In this document: piece after piece, positions 18,004 to 24,082 of the stretch | Layout: the number at the start of each line of letters is the position of its first letter | How positions within the stretch are numbered: the stretch's first letter is position 1 | Virus record (IMG/VR): IMGVR_UViG_3300049191_000085 | Coordinates: 1-24,082 of that record | Length of the DNA stretch: 24,082 nucleotides | Origin: a virus | Taxonomy: Duplodnaviria > Caudoviricetes | Reading direction: 5' to 3' (one strand) | Notes under the pieces: model-generated | What the model was told of the DNA's origin: nothing | What the model saw: only the letters and a program-made list of their open reading frames with translations | Database searches by the model: none | Program-made: the position numbers and the translations under genes

Positions 18004-18762
18004 TCAGAGCATCGTGGCCTTGTAGTAGCGGCTGATGCCGGTGCCGGTCTTGTTCGGGTCGGCCAGCAACGTGCCCGTCACGGCCAGCTTGCCGAACTGA
18101 CCCGTCAGCAGGCCCAGGCTCTTGGCCACCGACTGGCTGGCGCGCCAGATGTCCACGACCACCGGCTTTCCTTCGTCAGCTTCGTTCAAGCCACCGAAGC
18201 GCAGCTGCAGCTCGCTGGCCTTCGTGGTGAGTGCCTCCAGCACGGCCTGGCCGGCGTAGCTGTAGCTCAGCGTGGCGGCGTCGCCGTCCTCGATGTCGGG
18301 CGCGTTCTCCAGAACGTACAGGCCTTCCGGGCGCACCTCGTAGTTGCCGGCCGCCGCGATGGTGTCGGTGGCCACCTGTAGCACCACCGACGACAACGCG
18401 ATGTGCGGCAGCGGGATCAGACCACCCTTGTGCAGCGTCACCGGCATGTCGGCCACCGCGCCAGCTTCAACCTCGGACACAGTGGACAACGACGCACGCG
18501 CCAGGTTCACGACGTTCCAGTCGGCGAACTCGATCTCGATCTGGGCCTCCTTGACGCGGCGGACCTCGGTGTAGGTGCCGCCGCCCAGGCGCGTCATGTC
18601 GGGCTGCTGCATCACGTCTTCGGTGTGGTTCACCGCCAGGCTCAGCACGTTGCCCACGGGCAGCATGAGGCCGGTGCTGCCGAAGGCGCGAGCGTAGACC
18701 TGGCCGACGTTGAGGGACGGCTTGTAGATCTTGCGGGTGATCGTTTGCGGGGCGGTAGCCAT
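18004..18762 (-). CDS. Major tail (tube) protein, siphovirus type (252 aa)
   Basis: GQVY...VGNV..., LRFGGLNEADEGKPVVVDIWR, GTLLADP; GGAG SD; follows the terminator-like gene. Confidence 0.85.
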   Translation of the reverse strand: MATAPQTITRKIYKPSLNVGQVYARAFGSTGLMLPVGNVLSLAVNHTEDVMQQPDMTRLGGGTYTEVRRVKEAQIEIEFADWNVVNLARASLSTVSEVEAGAVADMPVTLHKGGLIPLPHIALSSVVLQVATDTIAAAGNYEVRPEGLYVLENAPDIEDGDAATLSYSYAGQAVLEALTTKASELQLRFGGLNEADEGKPVVVDIWRASQSVAKSLGLLTGQFGKLAVTGTLLADPNKTGTGISRYYKATML

Positions 18763-18789
18763 GTGGGTTGCTCCAGGTTGAACTCGATG

Positions 18790-19245
18790 TCAGTTGCTGA
18801 ACAGGGTTTCGGCGATGAACGCCATGGGCACGTACAGAAAGCCCGCGCTGGCCCAGCTGCGCGGTGCGGGCGCCAGGCGCAGCGGCTTCACCGCGCCGGG
18901 CGGCTTGAAGCCCATCAGCGCGCCGCCTGCCCGGGCCAGCAGCTCGCCGGCCTCGTGGCGCGCCGCGCCGCCGGAGCGCACGTCGGCCACATTGCGCACG
19001 GCGGCCACCGCCAGCCAGGTGTGCGCCAGGCGCGCCGCGGTGCCGGCGCCGTTGACCTCTTCCACCCTGAAGCCGTTCCAGATCACGTGCACGGCGGGCA
19101 CGCGCTGGGCGGCCTCCTTCACGCCGGCCAGGTCGGCCACGGTGAGCACGTAGACGGCCGGCGCCATGCCGGCCACCGCGTCGCGCACGCGCGCCACTAG
19201 GTGCGGCTCCAGCGCCAGGAAGTTGTTGGCGTGCGGCTCAGCCAT
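18790..19245 (-). CDS. Tail terminator, Mu gp37-like (151 aa)
   Basis: PAVHVIWNG, WLAVAAVRN, ALMGFKP; lies between the gp36-like and tail tube genes; TGATG coupling. Confidence 0.75.
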   Translation of the reverse strand: MAEPHANNFLALEPHLVARVRDAVAGMAPAVYVLTVADLAGVKEAAQRVPAVHVIWNGFRVEEVNGAGTAARLAHTWLAVAAVRNVADVRSGGAARHEAGELLARAGGALMGFKPPGAVKPLRLAPAPRSWASAGFLYVPMAFIAETLFSN

Positions 19246-19736
19246 CAGCGGTAGCCCTCCAGCTCCGCGTCGATGCGCGGCGCAAAGCTGTAGGCCACCT
19301 CGCCGCTGCCCGGCTCGCTGCCCGCCAGCTGCAGCCCCGGCTGGCCGCCCCAGGGGCAGGTCAGCACGGTCTTGCCGTCGGCCAGCGCCTGCAGGCTCTG
19401 CTGCGCGGCCTTGAAGCGCACGAACACCTCGTGCTCGGGCGCGACCTGGTCGTACAGGTAGTAGCGCGCCACGTCGCAGGTCGCGCGGGTCAGCGCGGGC
19501 GGCGGCACCAGCACCACGGCCGCGGGGTCATCCACCGTCGGCGCGGGCTTGGCGCAGCCCTGCAGCGGCAGCTGGTACACGGCGCCCACAAAACCGTCCA
19601 CGAACGCCTGCGCATCGCCCAGCGCACGGCCGGCCTTGTCGGCATCGACGGCGTCACCCGCTGCACCGGCGGTGAGCTGGATCAGCTCCAGCTCACCGAA
19701 GCGGTCAACCATGTCCTGGACGGTGGCGTAGTTCAT
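19245..19736 (-). CDS. Head-tail adaptor, Mu gp36/DUF1320-like (163 aa)
   Basis: MNYATVQDMVDRFGELELIQLT...VDGFVGAVYQLPL...CDVARYYLY...LADGK. Confidence 0.88.
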   Translation of the reverse strand: MNYATVQDMVDRFGELELIQLTAGAAGDAVDADKAGRALGDAQAFVDGFVGAVYQLPLQGCAKPAPTVDDPAAVVLVPPPALTRATCDVARYYLYDQVAPEHEVFVRFKAAQQSLQALADGKTVLTCPWGGQPGLQLAGSEPGSGEVAYSFAPRIDAELEGYR

Positions 19737-19745
19737 CGCTCAGCG

Positions 19746-20111
19746 TCAGGTGTTGCGCTGCGTGACGATCTGCACCTCGACCAGCTGGCCTGCGGCCGTG
19801 GTCGCGCCCATGGCGCGGGCGCAGTGCAGCGTCGCCGTGCCGACGGCCGCGCGGCCGGTGCCGTCGGCCGCGGGGCGCACGTAGTCGTGCAGCGCGATGG
19901 GCTCGCTGCACTCGACCAGGTAGCTGTAGCTCGTGACCACGGGGATGGCCTCGCCGATAGCGGCAGCGGGCATCTCGCTGATGCCCAGGGAGTCCTTCGC
20001 GCCGCCGGCAGCGGTGGCGTAGGTGCCATCACGGGCGATGAAGCGGTAGGCGGCGAGGACCGCGGCTGCGATCACCGTGATGGCATGTTGCTTGTCGTAC
20101 TGGTTTCGCAT
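19746..20111 (-). CDS. Capsid cement/decoration protein (DUF2190-like, 121 aa)
   Basis: YRFI...LGI...GEAIPV...DGTGRA...ATTAAGQLVEV; AGGAG SD. Confidence 0.72.
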   Translation of the reverse strand: MRNQYDKQHAITVIAAAVLAAYRFIARDGTYATAAGGAKDSLGISEMPAAAIGEAIPVVTSYSYLVECSEPIALHDYVRPAADGTGRAAVGTATLHCARAMGATTAAGQLVEVQIVTQRNT

Positions 20112-20135
20112 GAATGCTCCTGGTGGCTGCGGGGG

Positions 20136-20474
20136 TTAGTTCTTCTTGGCCTTGCCGGTTGCAGGCGCAGGTGCGGGCGCAGGTGCGGACGGGGGCGGGT
20201 TCTGCTCGGCCTGGGCGGGCGCCGCGGCGATGGATTCGGCCGCGCCTTGCACACGCTCGCGCGCCTCCTCGAACTCCTTGTTCGCCTCGATCTCGGCACG
20301 CTGGGCCTGCCGCTCCTGCCGGGCGGCGGCGTCAAGGTCTTGCGCCGAGCCGGACGCCACCAGCTCGCGGGCGTCGTGCTCATGCAGATCCGGCAGCGGC
20401 TGGCCGGGCTGGATCACGGTGCGCTCGCCGTTCACGATCACGGCCGTGGCGACGAGGGCGATCAGCTTGCTCAT
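20136..20474 (-). CDS. Phage head-associated hypothetical protein (112 aa)
   Basis: ATG 20474 with AAGGA SD; VNGERTVIQPGQPLPDL...ARELVASGSA, then an Ala/Pro-rich tail. Confidence 0.72.
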   Translation of the reverse strand: MSKLIALVATAVIVNGERTVIQPGQPLPDLHEHDARELVASGSAQDLDAAARQERQAQRAEIEANKEFEEARERVQGAAESIAAAPAQAEQNPPPSAPAPAPAPATGKAKKN

Positions 20475-20501
20475 GTTCAAAGTCCTTTTCAGGTTCCCCG
20501 A

Positions 20502-20631
20502 CCCAGGCCGCCAATGCGGCCTGGGGGCTACTACGCGCCGGGGGGAAATGTGGGGTCACCGGCTTCGCTGGGCCACCCCGTGGGCACGTGCAATGCAGGC
20601 CCACGGGGTGCCAGCAGGCCATTGCTGGCCT
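20502..20631 (-). other. Cluster of stem-loops downstream of the major capsid gene
   Basis: CCCAGGCCGC-caat-GCGGCCTGGG (20502-20525); 12-bp stem 20574-20585/20599-20610; AGGCCA-ttgc-TGGCCT (20616-20631; GCAA tetraloop on the minus strand). Confidence 0.65.
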
Positions 20632-20649
20632 TGCGGCGGCGGCGAGGTG

Positions 20650-21612
20650 TTACTTCGGGTTGGTGAACAGGAACGCGGCCGTGTTGTAGGCAACGTTGGC
20701 TTGGCGTTCGAACGTGGCGCCGTAGATCCAGCTCTTGGCGCCGTTGTCGTAGTACGGCGTTTCGGCGAAGGGGTGGCCCTCCAGCACGTTGGTGAAACCG
20801 AAGGCCGGTTCGGCCAGGCTGATGTCGCTGGTGCCGCCCGCGCCCATCTTGGGCACGTAGGCCAGGATGGCGTTGTTGCCCCACACGTCCGAACCCACGC
20901 CTGCAGCGTCCAGCGACACGGCATCGCCGACGATGATTTCTTCCACGCCCAGGATCTGCTTGAGCTGCTCCAGCGATGCCGGCCCCTGCTGCGTGGACGG
21001 CAGATAGCTCTTGACCTCCGCATTGGTGCGGATGGCCTGGTGCGCGTCGGCCGACAGCGTGAGCCGGTTCGGCCGCTTGCCGATCTTCTTGCGGATGACC
21101 TCGCTGGCCGCCAGGATGTCGGTCACCGGCGTGCCGGTGGCGGCGCTCCACTTGGTGGCGCCCGCCAGGGCCAGCACGTGGCCGGCCGCGTAGCTGCCCA
21201 CGTTGGTGGCCAAGCCAGCAACTTCCAGCTCGTAGTCCAGCAGCAGGATGTCGTTGGCGGTGGACATCGCGATGCGCGAGATGTCCAGGTAGTTGCCCAC
21301 GTTGAGCTTGCGGCTCTCGTCGGCCTCGCGGATCAGCTCGCGGGGGATGGGCACCTCCACGCTGTACTGGTTGACCGTGTAGGTCTTGCCGTCGTAGCGG
21401 ATGTCCACGCGCTTGGTGGAGGTGCCGGGCGCGCGGCGCAGGTTGTAGCGGCGCAGACGCTCGTCGCCGGCCTGGGCCAGCGTGACGCTGGACAGCGTTT
21501 GCGGCAGGCGCGGGAACAGGCGTTCGGCGATGAACGTGCCCTGACCGAGACCCAGCAGCAGGTTGGTCAGGATGGGGTTTTGCTTCAGCCGGATCTCGGC
21601 GGCGGTCATCAT
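20650..21612 (-). CDS. Major capsid protein (320 aa)
   Basis: Follows the protease/scaffold gene; PILTNL...IAERLFP...RAPG..., GKRPNRLTL, DVWGNNAILAYV, PAFGFT, AAFLFTN; GAGAGG SD. Confidence 0.88.
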   Translation of the reverse strand: MMTAAEIRLKQNPILTNLLLGLGQGTFIAERLFPRLPQTLSSVTLAQAGDERLRRYNLRRAPGTSTKRVDIRYDGKTYTVNQYSVEVPIPRELIREADESRKLNVGNYLDISRIAMSTANDILLLDYELEVAGLATNVGSYAAGHVLALAGATKWSAATGTPVTDILAASEVIRKKIGKRPNRLTLSADAHQAIRTNAEVKSYLPSTQQGPASLEQLKQILGVEEIIVGDAVSLDAAGVGSDVWGNNAILAYVPKMGAGGTSDISLAEPAFGFTNVLEGHPFAETPYYDNGAKSWIYGATFERQANVAYNTAAFLFTNPK

Positions 21613-21654
21613 GATGGGTGGACCTCTCGTGCGTGGTGTTGGGGTGGGTGGCGA

Positions 21655-22155
21655 TCAGCCGGCGAACGTGACGGCCGTGAGCGCCTCGGCGTAGCTCACC
21701 TTGTGCTGCGCGGCATAGGCGCGCGCGGCCTGGTCGATCTCGGCGTCGGATTTGCCCTTCGCGGAGCCGGCGGCAGCTGCGGCAGCCTCGCCCGGCTTGA
21801 ACTCGCCGAACTGCACCTTGGCCGTGCCCAGCGAGATCAGGCTCTTGACGAACTCGACCGGGGAGACCTTCTTGGTGGTGTCGCCCTCGCTGAACTCCAC
21901 GACCTCGCCCTCGGCCAGGCGGTCCAGCACGGCCACGGCGGCGGCCTGGTCCTTGGGCAGCAGGCGGCCGGCCTTGACCTCGCCTTCGGCGAACGACACA
22001 TGGGCCGCATGGCGGGCCTGGCGGCTCTGCTCGGCGAAGTTGGCGACTTGGCCTTCAAAGTTGGCGGCACGCTGTAGCGCGGCGTCGCGCTCGGCGTTGG
22101 CCTTGGCGAGCGCGGCTTCCGCCTCGGCCAGCTTCTTCTTCGTTTCCTCGTCCAT
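21655..22155 (-). CDS. Nested in-frame scaffolding protein (gpZ-like, 166 aa)
   Basis: AGGAG (22165-22169) 9 nt before the in-frame ATG 22155 (MDEETKKK), right after the protease domain. Confidence 0.7.
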   Translation of the reverse strand: MDEETKKKLAEAEAALAKANAERDAALQRAANFEGQVANFAEQSRQARHAAHVSFAEGEVKAGRLLPKDQAAAVAVLDRLAEGEVVEFSEGDTTKKVSPVEFVKSLISLGTAKVQFGEFKPGEAAAAAAGSAKGKSDAEIDQAARAYAAQHKVSYAEALTAVTFAG

Positions 22156-22650
22156 GGGGTTGGGCTCCTGTGGTTCGACGGGGTCAGAGAAATTGACGGC
22201 CGACGCCGCCTCGGAAAACTCGATGTCCTTGAGCCCCTTCACCGCGGGCGGCTGCGCGCCCAGGAAGCCGGCGTGGCGCAGATACCAGATGCCAGGCTTG
22301 GGGTTGGAGGGGTCTTGCGGGTGGTAGAACGAAGCGCTGCGCTTCTTGAAGCGGCCGGCGTTCACCATCTCGGCGAAGGCGGGCTCAACCTGCTTGTGCT
22401 CGGCAATGCGCAGCACGTCGCCGACGACCTCCAGGCCGGCGGCCCAGCCATAGGCCGGCTTGTTGCTGGCGGGGTGGCCCACGACCAGCGGCGCTTCGCT
22501 CAGCGCGGGGTCGTAGGCGGCGGCGGACGCGTGCAGGTCCGCCGTGGTGATCGTGTATTCCTGGCCGTTGTCGGCACGTCGCGTGCCGGCCCGGAAGATC
22601 TCAATGCCGCGCGGGAGCGTCGGCTGAGTGGAGGTGGCGGCGGTGGGCAT
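21655..22650 (-). CDS. Mu-like prohead protease/scaffold (gpI-like, 331 aa)
   Basis: ATG 22650; IEIFRAG, YDPALSEAPLVVGHP, PAYGW, RFKKRSASFY, YLRHAGFLGAQPPAVKGL; coiled-coil C-terminus. Confidence 0.88.
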   Translation of the reverse strand: MPTAATSTQPTLPRGIEIFRAGTRRADNGQEYTITTADLHASAAAYDPALSEAPLVVGHPASNKPAYGWAAGLEVVGDVLRIAEHKQVEPAFAEMVNAGRFKKRSASFYHPQDPSNPKPGIWYLRHAGFLGAQPPAVKGLKDIEFSEAASAVNFSDPVEPQEPNPMDEETKKKLAEAEAALAKANAERDAALQRAANFEGQVANFAEQSRQARHAAHVSFAEGEVKAGRLLPKDQAAAVAVLDRLAEGEVVEFSEGDTTKKVSPVEFVKSLISLGTAKVQFGEFKPGEAAAAAAGSAKGKSDAEIDQAARAYAAQHKVSYAEALTAVTFAG

Positions 22651-22699
22651 GCCGCCACTGTCGGCCGCGGGCACCGCCCGGGCCGAGTAAAGCGTTTTA
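22650..22699 (-). promoter_or_regulatory. Mor/C-dependent late promoter, probably leaderless
   Basis: Dyad TAAA-N4-TTTA at 22688-22699; -10-like GACAGT at 22657-22662, 6 nt before the ATG; no SD and no consensus -35. Confidence 0.65.
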
Positions 22700-22957
22700 G
22701 AAAATGCTGGTCGGGCCGGTCGTCTTGATGACGACTTCGGTGCGGCGCTCGACGTGCACCAGCTGCCCGGTGCGCAGCTCGGCGACATCAGGGCTGCCGC
22801 TGTAGGTCACGTCCTCGGGCTTCGTGCAGTGCCGCGGGTCGTAGATGGGCGCGTCCTCGGGAGCAATCCAACCGTGTGACGTTGACTGGCCATCTGCGTA
22901 GGTCACGCCCCAGGCCTTGCCGTCCTTCATCACCATCACGCCGGTCTCGATTTTCAT
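22697..22957 (-). CDS. Hypothetical accessory protein (86 aa)
   Basis: MKIETGVMVMKDGKAWGVTYADG...; protein-like composition, GC-biased third positions, co-oriented with the phage genes. Confidence 0.7.
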   Translation of the reverse strand: MKIETGVMVMKDGKAWGVTYADGQSTSHGWIAPEDAPIYDPRHCTKPEDVTYSGSPDVAELRTGQLVHVERRTEVVIKTTGPTSIF

Positions 22958-23014
22958 GATCTTCGTCTCGGGATCATCAACGCCTGGATCATCGCTTGAG
23001 GCTTGGGGATGGAA

Positions 23015-23167
23015 TCAGCGCTTGATGAGCGCCTGGGCGTAGAGCCTGAATGCGCCACTGACCAGCACAGCCACGCCACCTGCAGGCTCCCAGCCGTCTC
23101 GCAGGTAGCTTTTGACCAGCTCTGCAAGGCCAGTTCGCGTGGAGTTCTCGACGACGGTGTAGTTCAT
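23015..23167 (-). CDS. Small DUF1737-like protein (50 aa)
   Basis: Not in the ORF track; hand translation MNYTVVENSTRTGLAELVKSYLRDGWEPAGGVAVLVSGAFRLYAQALIKR has the Y..V...V...L..GW.P.GG....Y.QA pattern. Confidence 0.72.
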   Translation of the reverse strand: MNYTVVENSTRTGLAELVKSYLRDGWEPAGGVAVLVSGAFRLYAQALIKR

Positions 23168-23191
23168 GGGTCAGTTCCAAGGGTGGAAAGG

Positions 23192-23560
23192 TCAGCGGGC
23201 GGCGAGGGCAGCGCGAACGGTCTGCCGCACCAACGGCGCGGACCAGGCGTCCACCGTGTCGAACTCGTAACCCGGCACGCCGGGCAGCACCTCGCAGCGC
23301 ACCTTGTTGGCTTCGGCCGCACCGTCCGGCTCGGGCATCAGTGCGTCGATCTGGCTGTCCGTGAGCGGGGCCGGCTTGCGCATGACCCAAGGCAGCGACA
23401 GGTTCTGCCGCTCGGCTTCTTCTTCCAACATCGTGCAGGCCGCGTGAAAGGCTGCGTCGGCCTGCTCTTGCGTGCATGCTCCGGTGCCGACGAGCAGGCG
23501 GATCGCCAGCGCCGACACAGGGTTGTTGCGCTCTACGCGCTGAGGGTTGGTGTTGCTCAT
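23192..23560 (-). CDS. Hypothetical accessory protein (122 aa)
   Basis: Plausible ORF; PLTDSQIDAL...VRAALAAR resembles segments of mosaic phage early proteins. Confidence 0.68.
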   Translation of the reverse strand: MSNTNPQRVERNNPVSALAIRLLVGTGACTQEQADAAFHAACTMLEEEAERQNLSLPWVMRKPAPLTDSQIDALMPEPDGAAEANKVRCEVLPGVPGYEFDTVDAWSAPLVRQTVRAALAAR

Positions 23561-23598
23561 GTGAGTTCCAAGGGTCGATATCTGATGGCGTCAGCTGC

Positions 23599-24039
23599 TC
23601 ACCCCAGCCCGGGCAGCCGGCCCTGGCGCTTCTCGAACTGCTCACGCTGCCAGGCGTCCACGATCTGGCGGACGCGCATTTCGGTGAGGTCGTACTCGTG
23701 GGCCAGCTCGCGGTAGTTGTTGCCCTGGAACTTGGAGCACATCTCGCGGTCGCGCACGCTCAGCGCGGCAATCAGGCCCTTGGCGATGTAGATGCCGCCG
23801 CGGCCGCCCATCTCGTGCGCCACGTGCTGCAGCTGCGCCAGCACCTGGATGGCCCACAGCTCCAGCTGCTTCGCCCAGGCGTCGGCCGGCGCGGGCGTGC
23901 CGGCGCGCACGTCGCCCAGCACCAGGGCCTCGAACAGGCACAGCGCCAGGTCGCGCATGTTGTCCGTCAGCCCCACCGGCAGGCGCACCTCCAGCACGGC
24001 CATCTCGGCCGCGGAGATGAAGCGGCGCGGCGCGTTCAT
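23599..24039 (-). CDS. Mor/C family transcription activator (146 aa)
   Basis: MGGRGGIYIAKG...RDREMCSKFQGNNYRELAHEYDLTEMRVRQIV, the Mor-family dimerisation plus HTH signature. Confidence 0.9.
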   Translation of the reverse strand: MNAPRRFISAAEMAVLEVRLPVGLTDNMRDLALCLFEALVLGDVRAGTPAPADAWAKQLELWAIQVLAQLQHVAHEMGGRGGIYIAKGLIAALSVRDREMCSKFQGNNYRELAHEYDLTEMRVRQIVDAWQREQFEKRQGRLPGLG

Positions 24040-24082
24040 GACTGCGCGGCAGCGGCGGGCGCCAGCGCATCGGTGACATCAG
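24036..24082 (-). CDS. 3' end of an upstream phage gene (identity unknown; GemA-like by synteny only)
   Basis: ...DVTDALAPAAAAQS* ends in an ATGA overlap with the Mor/C start. Confidence 0.4.
   Translation of the reverse strand, partial: DVTDALAPAAAAQS

Larger units (their letters stand above)
5589..24082 (-). mobile_element. Mu-like transposable prophage with non-contractile tail; right end plus late region, continues beyond the window
   Basis: Terminal TG exactly at the pckG breakpoint; Mor/C activator, Mu-type protease, gp36/gp37-like genes, tail tube, tape measure; no sheath gene. Confidence 0.9.

Noticed and set aside
5952-22077. Long plus-strand ORFs opposite phage genes (e.g. 5952-7700, 15768-17096, 20146-22077)
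   Set aside because: Stop-poor antisense frames expected at this GC content; no recognisable domains or RBS.
22651-22788. Upstream extension of the protease ORF
   Set aside because: Overlaps the 86-aa ORF and the late promoter; protease-like sequence begins after ATG 22650.
22954-22992. 12-codon ORF MIQALMIPRRRS overlapping the 86-aa gene start (ATGA)
   Set aside because: Too short to support; could be chance or a coupling remnant.

Overview
GC-rich, Burkholderiales-like chromosomal window in two parts. Bases 1-5588 are host DNA, all on the minus strand: a sugar-uptake locus (TonB-dependent receptor then MFS permease, with tandem LacI-type operators), a ~660-bp fold-back palindromic element between those two genes, and the 3' half of a GTP-dependent PEP carboxykinase gene (pckG). 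Bases 5589-24082 are the right part of a Mu-like transposable prophage inserted into pckG. Its end begins TGAAGCG with two repeated putative transposase-binding boxes. In transcription order the phage genes are: Mor/C activator, three small accessory ORFs, a leaderless Mor/C-type promoter, protease with nested scaffold, major capsid, head-tail and tail-tube genes, an antisense membrane moron, tape measure, and a non-contractile tail-tip module. Unusual points: no lysis/terminase/portal/gpF/gpG block between the activator and the protease (KS10-like split head module), no tail assembly chaperone, no gin/com/mom at the right end, and a probable internal start in the hub gene. All family calls come from motif recognition and synteny; no searches were run.
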